From assembly GCA_040954595.2 (NCBI GenBank), contig CM082583.2:13421864-13485863 (forward strand): DNA of 64,000 bases, given 5' to 3'. The position numbers and the translations under genes were made by a program. Position 1 is the first letter of the stretch. Each line of letters opens with the position of its first letter. Source of the stretch: Balanoglossus misakiensis (Eukaryota; Animalia; Hemichordata). This document shows, in pieces, positions 51,901 to 62,800 of the stretch. A model generated the notes under the pieces. It searched no databases and had not been told where the DNA came from. It saw only the letters and a list, made by a program, of their open reading frames with translations.

Positions 51901-54900
51901 TGTAAAAAAAAAAGATATTTCATTTGGCATAATACAGCATCACACTGATATGAAAAAAATAATGATTCCCCATGTAAGGCTAACCCTGCAGTTCTTCAGC
52001 TGCTGGTTTTTCATTGTTCCATTGAAAAAGTGTGGAAGATATCAAACACAAAAATACAGTAGACCAAATGTCTCATTGTGCGTTTACGTGAATTACTAAA
52101 AATTTCTTCGTTTTCGTCATGTGTAGGTGGTCAGAGATACCCGTAGCAGTCAGCGATCAGAGCAAACATGCAGTGCAAGATCAAGGTCAATGTCACCAAT
52201 TAGATCACCCTTGCATACAAGCAGTCCTAAACACAGAGGAAGGAAATCTATTGGTATGAGCACCGACAAAAAGGTGCAGAATCTGGAAAGAGCCCTGGCA
52301 CTCAAGGTCATTATAACATCATTTGTATATTATTTTATAATGTAATGAACTGTATGTGTCAATGTGAATGTTTAAAACTTAACTGAATAGCTTAATGTTT
52401 GCTTGAAAGTCACATGAAAATTCAAGGCACTTGTGATTGTCAGTGCTTTTTAATTTGTGAAGTATAAAATGTGTGAAGACTTTAAAATGATAATACCTTG
52501 ATTTTGTCTTGTCTTGGTTTGTTTTGTTTTTCTTGTACAGCATGAAGAGTGCAATGAAATCCAGGCTGCACATGACAGAAGACTTGACAGATTACGAACA
52601 CTTCAACAAAACTATAACATCTTGAAAGAACAAATCAAAACTTATGAAGATGAGCAAAGGTAAAACTAGTACATTGTGCTTTCACTTTGCTGTCCAGATG
52701 TAAAAATTGCTGTCTCCATCAGTGACCAATGTTCTGTTCCTCTGAAGTGAGGAGTTACTAGCTGCAAATTCTGTTTTGTAACCTCACTTTTGAAAATCAT
52801 AATTCTTAATATATTAACAGACTGTATGCACAGTCTCTGTCTTGTGCTAACTGAACATGTGTCTACTTCTACTAGTTCAAAACCCAATAGCGCCTTTCTC
52901 TAGCTCGTTCTCGTTGTTGTGGAACCCAGTGTTATATTGATTTGTTTGTTTTTGTAGTGGCAAGAAGAAACGTCACAAAATGCGTCGTTCTGATCCTCGT
53001 ACACTTCAACAGGAAGATAGTGACACGGTCTGGAATGAACTGGCCTATTTCAAGGGTCAAAATCGAAATCTACTGATGGACAGGTCAGTAAATAATAAAT
53101 TAATATAAAGGTCCGAGGAACATAGTATTGAAAAAAGGTAATCTCAATATATGTACATTTCATTCCCATGTCAACGAAAGTACCGGTAAGTGTATTTTAA
53201 TACTTGATGAGGATGTCATGTCTGTTTTTATTTCCAAAGAATGAATCTCCAAGAAGAACTAGATCTTCTGAAAGTACAGACTGCATCAGATGCTACACAT
53301 GTGGAAGAATTGACAAGATGTCTACAACAAGAGAAGGAACAACTCCAAGTTCAGTTAGTTGAAGCTGAGAACCATCGAAAAGTGAGGGATTCTGAAAAAA
53401 GGCAAATAACAGAACTCAAAAAACAGGTGTGTGTGGAAATAATATAGAAAAATAGTCTGACTTTGGTAAATTAGTAAAATTCAAAATCCAGTTTTTAATA
53501 CACAGCTACAACTCATTTCTGTGTGTATTTCATTTCAGATCAAGTCACTTGAAAACTTACTGGAATCACTGGAAAAAGAAAACGAAACATTAATGGATGA
53601 ACGGGATAATATCATCAAAGAGAAAAGGTCAGTTACCGTGGTAATAATTTTAAAAACTTGCTCAAAGATCATCAGTAAATGCCAAGCAACTTGTGGCAAA
53701 GTCTATTGTTATGGTGCAGTGATAGTTTTTGGAAATTTGTACCACTTGAATGAGTCTGCATTCTTCTGTTATTTTGTCAGAACATTAAAGTCCGATTATG
53801 GAAATCTGAAGACAGACATCAGTGAAAGAGATGCAGAGTTACATCATTATAAAAAAGAAAATCATCATTTGAAAAAGAAATTACGACACAAGAAACATTC
53901 AAGAAGTCGAAGAAAACAGAACAGCCTTAAAGATGTAAATATTATTGATGTCTGTGCTTTTCAATTTGCTGTGTGATGCATGTATATAAATTCCTGAAAC
54001 AGCAACATTTTATAATCAAACAAAATTATGCTGCTTTGTAATATAAATCAGGAAATGAGTGTGACTTCACTCACAGTGATACTATAACTCTGAATACTTG
54101 TTTATTACAGCACCAACGAGCTCTGAACAAATCCATCGAACAGATGAGTGTCATTTTTTCTGATTTTGATAATGATGGCTGGGAAGAAGTCAGCAGTGAA
54201 AGGTGAAGTCCATCCTCTTTTCACATCTCAGAAATCATGCATTAACCCAAGAAAATCTTTCAAATTTCAACTTCTGTTTATTTTCAATAATTTGAGAATC
54301 AAAGAATGACACTGTGTAACATTGATACTGCAGTGGTGGTGAGACAGGTGAAAGTCTGGGATGTCAGATCGTACATTCAGCAAGAAAACGAAGGCAGCTA
54401 AGAGAGGGCAAAGCAAAGAGACAGAAACAGGAAGGTCACACCACACCAACACAGATCAAGCCTACAACCAGACAGGTGAGATCTCATTGGGTCTATGTTC
54501 TACATGCAGTACTTAAACTAATTCTAAAACTAGAGATAACTAGAACATAGACTTAAATCGCCATGGTCAGTTTTGTGACAGCATCTGTTACAACAACAGT
54601 CACTTTATATTCCAGAGGCTTTTTCCAACTCAAAATGTTCCTTCTCTACTTGCATTATGACAGATGGCATCAGTTCAGAGCCACATCAAGCGTCTTGCAA
54701 GAGCATATGATGAAGAACCCATACAGAGAAGTGGGCAGAATAACATAGCCATACAAACTGATGATGGTAAGATACTATAGCATAGCTGCTGGAAAGTCTT
54801 GGGTTTTCAATAGAATGAGAGCAGTGACTCTGTAGAATTGACAAAACTAAAACCAATCAACCTGAATTGATTCAGTCTAACTCCAACCATGTGAAATTCA

Positions 54901-57900
54901 CTTTTCAGAGGTGCAAGTCGTGCGATCACCAAGACGTTTTGTTGATACAGGTGTGGGTGAATATAGCGTGGATGAAGTCTCTGATAACAGTGTGGATACA
55001 ACATCAAGAGGTGAGATGCATTTTGATTTTGACCCAAAGCGGTTAAAGTAGAAATTGTGTTCTGATGGGCTGACCTCATTAATTGTTTTTAAAATGTTGT
55101 TCACATGTTCATTATTCCCCGAAGTTCCTCAGCTGAATGATCATATTATGATCAAAGGTGTACAGCCATTTATGAGCTATTGCCACATCTGCCAAAATTG
55201 AATAACACCACACATAGAACTTCACAGATCACATGATAACACATTTGAACTTCACAATTTTTGTAATATCTCCACAGTCAAACGACGAGACATTGCTACT
55301 TCACCACATATGGGACTTCACAAACTCAGTAAAGTGCAGGGTAAAATTCACAACAGATCTGAAATTGCCAACGTCAGCAGTTTGAAACAAAGACTTGCAT
55401 CACTTCAGCAACAGGTGAGGTGCCAAACTGTTTATGTTGACAGTTGATACTTGCTTGATTTTCACAACCAATCAATCAGATGTTGAACATGTATCTCTTG
55501 GTAATAACCTGTCCTTCCAAATACATTGTTGTTGCTATAGCAGATACTGTTCTTTTTTTCGGTTACATTGTACATGCACTAAACTCTGGCCAAGTCAATG
55601 AAGTATTATTGAACCCTCAGAGGGCAGTATTAACACACATGTACTGCGCAGATTATAACTGGTGTAACCTGACCGGACTCCCTCTCTCTCTCTCTTCGTT
55701 TCAGGTGACAGTTCTGAGAGATTCCAAGACCGCCATTCAGAAGACACTAAATGATGAACGTGAGAGTAAAGAACAGTTACAGTCAGACTTCACTCTTTGC
55801 AGTCAGAGATTGAAAATATCCAAACAGACCATCCAGGTACAATATTCAGCAAAACCAGACATTTGCAGAGGGCACCAATGAGATACCAACCCCTTTCAAT
55901 TGCCTTTACCATGTACCTGACCCTGTGAATTGCCTTTATCATAATCATGTTTCTGACTCCCTGGGAAAACACAGTGTGTGTTTTTGTGGATTGATGATAG
56001 AATATAAAATTTAATGTTTTGAGACATCAAGGGTTTATTCACAAACCTCAAACAAAATTGTGCACAACACTTGATGTTGGTGCACATGGATTAGTCTTCT
56101 AGAATAAGTCTTATATTAACCAAAACTCTTTTATAAATACACAGAAACTGACACAAGAGTTGGAGAACTGTCAGACAATGAAGGAATCCTTAGAGCGCCA
56201 GCTTGAGACCAAAATACAAGCATTAGAAGGAGCAGAGGTCATGTATGGCAAGCTGCCAAATACAAGTAATGTAACAACTAACAAACATACAGACACAGAA
56301 TGGAAACAACTTGAAAGTCGACTCAAAGTAAGAAATGTTGTTTTGTCTAAATTAAAATTTACAAAAATACCAGAAGTAAATTTCAATTTTGTGGGTGAAA
56401 GTATTGCAAATTAATGATGCATTTTGATAGTTAATGTTTTGGCAAATATATGTCCCCACTTATTAGTCATCTTACAGATAGGGAACTGTTAAGATTTAAA
56501 GGTAATTTCACTGAAAGACGGGGATGAGTGTCATGATTTTGTCTACTTTAAATATTTATCAAACCACTGTAGCATATTCAATTCATGACTGGTAAGAGTA
56601 TTATATAGTTATCATTTTTTCTTTGTCTTCATGAACATTTAGATTTCAAGCAGTGAAGTGTCAAAACAGGCAGGTGTGATAAAAACTTTGAAAAGTGAGA
56701 ATGAAAGCCAAGCTGAGCAGTTGAAGACATTTCAAGACAAGTAAGTCACATTGATTATTGAATAGAGAGTTTGAAACTCAGTGGAATGGAATATTTTTTC
56801 AATGCCTGCATCTGAGTGAATTTAGATTTACCTTACTGAACTGAATGACTTGGGTAAATGGATGACAGAAACAGTTACATGGATAACATGTATTCGTTCT
56901 TTGATGAATTCCATTTTTAGAATTAACAGAGTTGAAAGGGACATCTCACAGAAGCGGTCACTAATTGAAGATTTACGGAGCAAAGCAAAATCATTGCAGG
57001 AAGAAAAGAAGGGTGACAGTGAGACCATTGTGAGTGTAACACCTCTTTTACTCAAGAAAAACTTGTTGCACATTTTGTCCAACCTTGGCCGAGAACAAGT
57101 GTGACCTCCAAACAACATACAGTGTAAAGAAGGGGAGTAGTACTGCTTTAGTGAATTGAAAAAATAAAATACAATTCTCTCTTTATCTCTAATTTCAGAA
57201 AAGTTTGGAAGAGAAGTTAAAATCACTGACAGATGGCAGTGATCAAAAGAAATCTTACATGGAATCGTTGAAGAAACGCCTTTCAGCTTTAACCAAAGAA
57301 AAACATCAATATGAAGAACTTTATTTCAAAACTAATGCAGAATTGGAAAAGAAGGTAAGTAAGGTGGCTGAAAGCATTCTGGATGAAAACTTGACGATAT
57401 TGTAAAAGAAATTTGATTTGAAGCTTCCTAACATAGTCTATCAAGACCGCCTTGGTTTCTATGTGATTCCTTTGATGTCAATATTTCACCACATAATCAT
57501 TTTTGTGTCATTACTGTCCTCAGACGAAACAACTAACAGAATGTCAAACCAAGAAAACTGAAGCAGAGAACATTGCCGCAGAATTAGAAACAGCAGCAGC
57601 CCAGCAGTTGCAAGGATTGGCCAGTAGAAGTGAATCAGCTTTGGAAGCAGTTAAAAGTAAACTCAAGAAAGCTCATGTTAGAATTCAAGAACTCAATCAA
57701 TTTGTAAAGGTAAGTTGTTGTGACATAAAAAAAGTTGTTGTGACATAACATCTGTTTGTCAATAGGGAGATGCAGTTTGTGTAGTGTAATGTTCTTTGAC
57801 TACTGCATTAAAATTTACCTGAACCAGAGAGATGTACAGAAAATAATATTCAGTTCAGAAAGTCATGTGATGTTTTCATAGCAAGGACCTGAATTCGATC

Positions 57901-58707
57901 AAGAGGTGTTGTCAGCAGTAACAAAAATGTCCACTTCTGTGCATCTACAGATATTAGCTGCAGAGTTACTGAATCAAGTTCTGGATGCCAGAGAGTTGGT
58001 AAGACAAGCCAAGAAATCAAAAACACAGAATGGATTGAAAAAAGACCAATCATTGAGTAAAGCTCACTCTCTTGCATCGTCTATACTGAATATGAGTGAA
58101 GCAGATATTGAAGATTTTATGAATTCCACCGAAGCAAATCTAGAAGAAGAAATGGTGAGTTTAAATCATAACTCTGTAAAAATGCAGTCTTCATTTCAAT
58201 ATATTGATACATTGTAACCAACTACGCTACACATCTTACAAGTGTCATACAAACCATCTTCAGCATTGGCATTGGCATGTATTGTTGTCAGGATGTTGTC
58301 AAGATTTTCTAGTCCCTGCTGGTGCAAATGTACAAAGTCAGGTCTGTCTTATGCCTGGTTCAGAGCTGAGACGACAGCTGTTCAAAAGTTGTCTTCTTCA
58401 TACATTGCAAAACAGACGTGTTTACAACTGGTCTGTTGGGGGCGCTATCTGTAACACGTACATTGATATCACTTACACGATTCATCCAACTTTTCCTCTT
58501 CATCATGACATACAGGCAACAGAAGCACTTGAAGAACACAGACAAGACTCGCAGTGGAATAAACGATGGCAGGCTGCTGTCAGTTCAAAAGTGCCATTTG
58601 CCAAGGATCTCATGGAAATTTTAATGGAAAAAGTGACAGAACGGGACCATCTTCTGTCTAAAGTGGAAACAACTCCAGTAAAATCAGCAAAAACATTCCA
58701 ACTGTAA
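31317..58707 (+). CDS. CNTLN: Centlein (centrosomal coiled-coil protein), 34 coding exons, 3885 nt CDS, ~1294 aa
   Basis: All exons are GT-AG and phase-compatible, and the total length is divisible by 3. Centlein signature peptides: ELAQCQADKEFVWSLWKRLQ, REKEKAEIKDKKVLEILQIKD, QEDSDTVWNELAYFK, DGWEEVS, LAASILNMS-like C-terminus. Confidence 0.93.
33926..34001. mobile_element. 76-bp hairpin MITE-like insertion with target-site duplication
   Basis: Arms GCCTAGTACCTAGCCGTATTTTGTCCGCT and AGCGGACAAAATATGGCTAGGTACTTAGGC are near-perfect reverse complements. They are flanked by the direct repeat CATGACTAT(T) at 33917 and 34002. Confidence 0.75.
36965..36994. repeat. (TG)15 microsatellite
   Basis: Seen directly in CNTLN intron 1. 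Confidence 0.95.
37800..37813. promoter_or_regulatory. RFX X-box-like palindrome
   Basis: GTTGCCATGGTAAC matches the RFX X-box consensus; in CNTLN intron 1. Function not shown. Confidence 0.4.
38613..38677 (+). CDS. CNTLN: CNTLN exon 2
   Basis: ctttcag|..DAEISRLRAENHALADELAQCQ|gtatca. Confidence 0.9.
39433..39521 (+). CDS. CNTLN: CNTLN exon 3
   Basis: ccccag|ADKEFVWSLWKRLQVASPDMTQAISLVVQR|gtaggt. Confidence 0.95.
40890..40974 (+). CDS. CNTLN: CNTLN exon 4
   Basis: ttgcag|..EKEKAEIKDKKVLEILQIKDDRISELEK|gtatct. Confidence 0.93.
44157..44200 (+). CDS. CNTLN: CNTLN exon 5
   Basis: ttccag|VLSQQQQELNDFVAR|gtgggt. Confidence 0.8.
45785..45869 (+). CDS. CNTLN: CNTLN exon 6
   Basis: ttccag|..KIALDGEKDVLEKENRELRRKSKSLEEL|gtaagc. 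Confidence 0.85.
46745..46826 (+). CDS. CNTLN: CNTLN exon 7
   Basis: gttcag|LESRESRLKTNEELNRQVIDNLDRDKQ|gtgtgt; needed to bridge phase 0 to phase 1. Confidence 0.8.
46989..47092 (+). CDS. CNTLN: CNTLN exon 8
   Basis: atgcag|..LTKRVTEHLIEADKAKEELAKLRLANDKLDNTVK|gtgaat. Confidence 0.85.
47318..47374 (+). CDS. CNTLN: CNTLN exon 9
   Basis: acaaag|ILEDDLHDRRQRFDAISKE|gttggt. Confidence 0.75.
47608..47705 (+). CDS. CNTLN: CNTLN exon 10
   Basis: tcatag|HEEVLARFQEQERQ...ALNRLR|gtgaga (a same-phase alternative donor lies 6 nt upstream). Confidence 0.8.
49578..49687 (+). CDS. CNTLN: CNTLN exon 11
   Basis: tcacag|..KDLSEMRSLHSQCAGHAAQQTDLIRQLQSLQFDTQQ|gtaaat. Confidence 0.9.
49849..49901 (+). CDS. 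CNTLN: CNTLN exon 12
   Basis: tgacag|..MKNQEEAHTMEASSLQA|gtaagt. Confidence 0.88.
50188..50313 (+). CDS. CNTLN: CNTLN exon 13
   Basis: ttgcag|MYADLNSRY...APWDA|gtaagt. Confidence 0.82.
50761..50861 (+). CDS. CNTLN: CNTLN exon 14
   Basis: ttgtag|EIQACESC...LQTEIDLLKDRLKEKSR|gtacag. Confidence 0.8.
50981..51112. mobile_element. 132-bp MITE-like element with perfect 20-bp terminal inverted repeats
   Basis: TAGCAATAAAACACCCCCAG (50981-51000) pairs with CTGGGGGTGTTTTATTGCTA (51093-51112), and there is an internal ACCAGTTCA/TGAACTGGT pair. No clear TSD. Confidence 0.7.
51204..51273 (+). CDS. CNTLN: CNTLN exon 15
   Basis: ttctag|..LIYTLDKEGGEKEQDTSAAVSKQ|gtaatg. Confidence 0.75.
52127..52306 (+). 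CDS. CNTLN: CNTLN exon 16
   Basis: gtgtag|VVRDTRSS..RSRSMSP..ERALALK|gtcatt. Confidence 0.85.
52541..52659 (+). CDS. CNTLN: CNTLN exon 17
   Basis: gtacag|HEECNEIQAAHDRRLDRLRTLQQNYNILKEQIKTYEDEQ|gtaaaa. Confidence 0.9.
52958..53083 (+). CDS. CNTLN: CNTLN exon 18
   Basis: ttgtag|..RRSDPRTLQQEDSDTVWNELAYFKGQNRNLLMD|gtcagt. Confidence 0.93.
53240..53426 (+). CDS. CNTLN: CNTLN exon 19
   Basis: ccaaag|..MNLQEELDLLKV...ELKKQ|gtgtgt. Confidence 0.9.
53539..53627 (+). CDS. CNTLN: CNTLN exon 20
   Basis: tttcag|IKSLENLLESLEKENE...KEKR|gtcagt. Confidence 0.87.
53781..53934 (+). CDS. CNTLN: CNTLN exon 21
   Basis: tgtcag|..TLKSDYGNLK...RRKQNSLKD|gtaaat. Confidence 0.83.
54111..54202 (+). CDS. CNTLN: CNTLN exon 22
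   Basis: ttacag|HQRALNKSIEQMSVIFSDFDNDGWEEVSSE|gtgaag. Confidence 0.9.
54334..54475 (+). CDS. CNTLN: CNTLN exon 23
   Basis: ctgcag|..GGETGESLGCQIV...PTTRQ|gtgaga. Confidence 0.78.
54664..54766 (+). CDS. CNTLN: CNTLN exon 24
   Basis: tgacag|MASVQSHIKR...AIQTDD|gtaaga. Confidence 0.78.
54909..55010 (+). CDS. CNTLN: CNTLN exon 25
   Basis: tttcag|..VQVVRSPRRFVDTG...TTSR|gtgaga. Confidence 0.78.
55278..55414 (+). CDS. CNTLN: CNTLN exon 26
   Basis: ccacag|..KRRDIATSP...LKQRLASLQQQ|gtgagg. Confidence 0.85.
55705..55836 (+). CDS. CNTLN: CNTLN exon 27
   Basis: tttcag|VTVLRDSK...RLKISKQTIQ|gtacaa. Confidence 0.87.
56145..56327 (+). CDS. CNTLN: CNTLN exon 28
   Basis: acacag|KLTQELENC...EWKQLESRLK|gtaaga. 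Confidence 0.87.
56643..56740 (+). CDS. CNTLN: CNTLN exon 29
   Basis: atttag|ISSSEVSKQAGVIKTLKSENE...FQDK|gtaagt. Confidence 0.87.
56921..57029 (+). CDS. CNTLN: CNTLN exon 30
   Basis: ttttag|..INRVERDISQKRSLIEDLR...SETI|gtgagt. Confidence 0.9.
57199..57354 (+). CDS. CNTLN: CNTLN exon 31
   Basis: tttcag|KSLEEKLK...SLKKRLSALTKEKHQYE...LEKK|gtaagt. Confidence 0.9.
57524..57709 (+). CDS. CNTLN: CNTLN exon 32
   Basis: cctcag|TKQLTECQ...ELETAAAQQLQGLA...QFVK|gtaagt. Confidence 0.9.
57951..58154 (+). CDS. CNTLN: CNTLN exon 33
   Basis: ctacag|ILAAELL...AHSLASSILNMSEADIEDFM...EEM|gtgagt. Confidence 0.9.
58516..58707 (+). CDS. CNTLN: CNTLN exon 34 (terminal)
   Basis: atacag|ATEALEEH...PFAKDLMEILMEKV...TFQL*. 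Confidence 0.87.
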   Translation, partial: ATEALEEHRQDSQWNKRWQAAVSSKVPFAKDLMEILMEKVTERDHLLSKVETTPVKSAKTFQL

Positions 58708-58840
58708 AGATATGAACATTGAATAATTTAAGGAAATTGCAATTCAATAAGTCAGTATTTTTGTACTCTATAAAAATATAACATTTTGATGAAGCTCTTA
58801 TAAAATTATGTGTGCATGATTACTCGTAAATTAATAAGTC

Positions 58841-58892
58841 AATAAAGATATTTTTGCATGAAATGTGATTTTTGTTAAAAATGTAAAATAAA
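58841..58892 (+). terminator. Candidate CNTLN polyadenylation signals
   Basis: AATAAA at 58841 and 58887 (another at 59143), in AT-rich sequence downstream of the stop codon. Confidence 0.5.
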
Positions 58893-59481
58893 GCAAGATG
58901 AGTGTTGAAGTATTTTAAGCTAACAACAAAAAATTATGTATGAATTTCATCAACTTTTTGGGGGAAAACTATTTATTTTGGATGTTCAATAACCCTTGTA
59001 CACTTTGGTTCTTCTTCTCCTTGTCATTATTGGGAAGTAATCAAGACATTCTTTTGTGATATGCTTTTAACCAAATTAAATTTATGAGAAATTTACTAAA
59101 TATAACAATTACCAGATACAAATTTGGCTTTCATGGGATTTGAATAAAATGGTCAATAAGAAACAATGTTCCGTGCACATTTTCTTATGTACATGTATGT
59201 CTTAGTATAGCCTTATTCAAAATGGCCATCAGTTGTCATAGGAACAATCAGCCTAACATCAGCAATCCACAATGAATATGTATTTGATAAGCTTTTGTTT
59301 GTATTAAAAGATTTTTTGTTGTTGACATTATACCAATTCTTGCCTTGTTTTTATTTATTTACCCTTTTTCGGAACATGCTCATAAGAAATTAAAATGTAT
59401 TACACTGCTTAAACACAACTGAATATTTGTAAGATGAATCATTTGAGGAGTATTTTTTCATATTCTGTGTGCCAGTTTCTT

Positions 59482-59846
59482 CTTTGCGAATTTTCAAAAT
59501 TTGGTCATTTTTTCGAAAAAACCATGGGTTATAGCTCATGAAAATCATCCAGAAATGACAATTTTTCGACTTTGCGAATTTTCAAAATTTGGTCATTTTT
59601 TCGAAAAAACCATGGGTTATAGCTCATGAAAATCATCCAGAAATGACAATTTTTCGACTTTGCGAATTTTCAAAATTTGGTCATTTTTTGAAAAAACCAT
59701 GGGTTATAGCTCAGGAAAATGTTCAAAAATCGAGGATTTTTCGACTTTGCGAATTTTCAAAATTTGGTCATTTTTTGAAAAAACCATGGGTTATAGCTCA
59801 GGAAAATGTTCAAAAATCTAGGATTTTTCGACTTTGCGAATTTTCA
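59482..59846 (+). repeat. 87-bp satellite, short edge block (~4 units) in opposite orientation to the main array
   Basis: Units read ...TTTGCGAATTTTCAAAATTTGGTCATTTTTT(C)GAAAAAACCATGGGTTATAGCTCA..., the reverse complement of the main array unit. The first two units are diverged (AAAATCATCCAGAAATGACAA). Confidence 0.95.
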
Positions 59847-62800
59847 ATTTTCATGAGCTATAACCCATGGTTTTTTCGAAAAAATGACCAAATTTTGAAA
59901 ATTCGCAAAGTCGAAAAATCCTCGATTTTTGAACATTTTCATGAGCTATAACCCATGGTTTTTTCGAAAAAATGACCAAATTTTGAAAATTCGCAAAGTC
60001 GAAAAATCCTCGATTTTTGAACATTTTCCTGAGCTATAACCCATGGTTTTTTTCAAAAAATGACCAAATTTTGAAAATTCGCAAAGTCGAAAAATCCTCG
60101 ATTTTTGAACATTTTCCTGAGCTATAACCCATGGTTTTTTTCAAAAAATGACCAAATTTTGAAAATTCGCAAAGTCGAAAAATCCTCGATTTTTGAACAT
60201 TTTCCTGAGCTATAACCCATGGTTTTTTCAAAAAATGACCAAATTTTGAAAATTCGCAAAGTCGAAAAATCCTCGATTTTTGAACATTTTCCTGAGCTAT
60301 AACCCATGGTTTTTTCAAAAAATGACCAAATTTTGAAAATTCGCAAAGTCGAAAAATCCTCGATTTTTGAACATTTTCCTGAGCTATAACCCATGGTTTT
60401 TTCAAAAAATGACCAAATTTTGAAAATTCGCAAAGTCGAAAAATCCTCGATTTTTGAACATTTTCCTGAGCTATAACCCATGGTTTTTTTCAAAAAATGA
60501 CCAAATTTTGAAAATTCGCAAAGTCGAAAAATCCTCGATTTTTGAACATTTTCCTGAGCTATAACCCATGGTTTTTTTCAAAAAATAACCAAATTTTGAA
60601 AATTCGCAAAGTCGAAAAATCCTCGATTTTTGAACATTTTCCTGAGCTATAACCCATGGTTTTTTCAAAAAATAACCAAATTTTGAAAATTCGCAAAGTC
60701 GAAAAATCCTCGATTTTTGAACATTTTCCTGAGCTATAACCCATGGTTTTTTTCAAAAAATGACCAAATTTTGAAAATTCGCAAAGTCGAAAAATCCTCG
60801 ATTTTTGAACATTTTCCTGAGCTATAACCCATGGTTTTTTCAAAAAATGACCAAATTTTGAAAATTCGCAAAGTCGAAAAATCCTCGATTTTTGAACATT
60901 TTCCTGAGCTATAACCCATGGTTTTTTCAAAAAATGACCAAATTTTGAAAATTCGCAAAGTCGAAAAATCCTCGATTTTTGAACATTTTCCTGAGCTATA
61001 ACCCATGGTTTTTTCAAAAAATGACCAAATTTTGAAAATTCGCAAAGTCGAAAAATCCTCGATTTTTGAACATTTTCCTGAGCTATAACCCATGGTGTTT
61101 TCAAAAAATGACCAAATTTTGAAAATTCGCAAAGTCGAAAAATCCTCGATTTTTGAACATTTTCCTGAGCTATAACCCATGGTTTTTTCAAAAAATGACC
61201 AAATTTTGAAAATTCGCAAAGTCGAAAAATCCTCGATTTCCTGAGCTATAACCCATGGTTTTTTCAAAAAATGACCAAATTTTGAAAATTCGCAAAGTCG
61301 AAAAATCCTCGATTTTTGAACATTTTCCTGAGCTATAACCCATGGTTTTTTCAAAAAATGACCAAATTTTGAAAATTCGCAAAGTCGAAAAATCCTCGAT
61401 TTTTGAACATTTTCCTGAGCTATAACCCATGGTTTTTTCAAAAAATGACCAAATTTTGAAAATTCGCAAAGTCGAAAAATCCTCGATTTTTGAACATTTT
61501 CCTGAGCTATAACCCATGGTTTTTTCAAAAAATGACCAAATTTTGAAAATTCGCAAAGTCGAAAAATCCTCGATTTTTGAACATTTTCCTGAGCTATAAC
61601 CCATGGTTTTTTCAAAAAATGACCAAATTTTGAAAATTCGCAAAGTCGAAAAATCCTCGATTTTTGAACATTTTCCTGAGCTATAACCCATGGTTTTTTC
61701 AAAAAATGACCAAATTTTGAAAATTCGCAAAGTCGAAAAATCCTCGATTTTTGAACATTTTCCTGAGCTATAACCCATGGTTTTTTCAGAAAAATGACCA
61801 AATTTTGAAAATTCGCAAAGTCGAAAAATCCTCGATTTTTGAACATTTTCCTGAGCTATAACCCATGGTTTTTTCAAAAAATGACCAAATTTTGAAAATT
61901 CGCAAAGTCGAAAAATCCTCGATTTTTGAACATTTTCCTGAGCTATAACCCATGGTTTTTTCAAAAAATGACCAAATTTTGAAAATTCGCAAAGTCGAAA
62001 AATCCTCGATTTTTGAACATTTTCCTGAGCTATAACCCATGGTTTTTTCAAAAAATGACCAAATTTTGAAAATTCGCAAAGTCGAAAAATCCTCGATTTT
62101 TGAACATTTTCCTGAGCTATAACCCATGGTTTTTTCAAAAAATGACCAAATTTTGAAAATTCGCAAAGTCGAAAAATCCTCGACTTTTGAACATTTTCCT
62201 GAGCTATATCCCATGGTTTTTTCAAAAAATGACCAAATTTTGAAAATTCGCAAAGTCGAAAAATCCTCGATTTTTGAACATTTTCCTGAGCTATAACCCA
62301 TGGTTTTTTCAAAAAATGACCAAATTTTGAAAATTCGCAAAGTCGAAAAATCCTCGATTTTTGAACATTTTCCTGAGCTATAACCCATGGTGTTTTCAAA
62401 AAATGACCAAATTTTGAAAATTCGCAAAGTCGAAAAATCCTCGATTTTTGAACATTTTCCTGAGCTATAACCCATGGTGTTTTCAAAAAATGACCAAATT
62501 TTGAAAATTCGCAAAGTCGAAAAATCCTCGATTTTTGAACATTTTCCTGAGCTATAACCCATGGTTTTTTCAAAAAATGACCAAATTTTGAAAATTCGCA
62601 AAGTCGAAAAATCCTCGATTTTTGAACATTTTCCTGAGCTATAACCCATGGTTTTTTCAAAAAATGACCAAATTTTGAAAATTCGCAAAGTCGAAAAATC
62701 CTCGATTTTTGAACATTTTCCTGAGCTATAACCCATGGTTTTTTCAAAAAATGACCAAATTTTGAAAATTCGCAAAGTCGAAAAATCCTCGATTTTTGAA

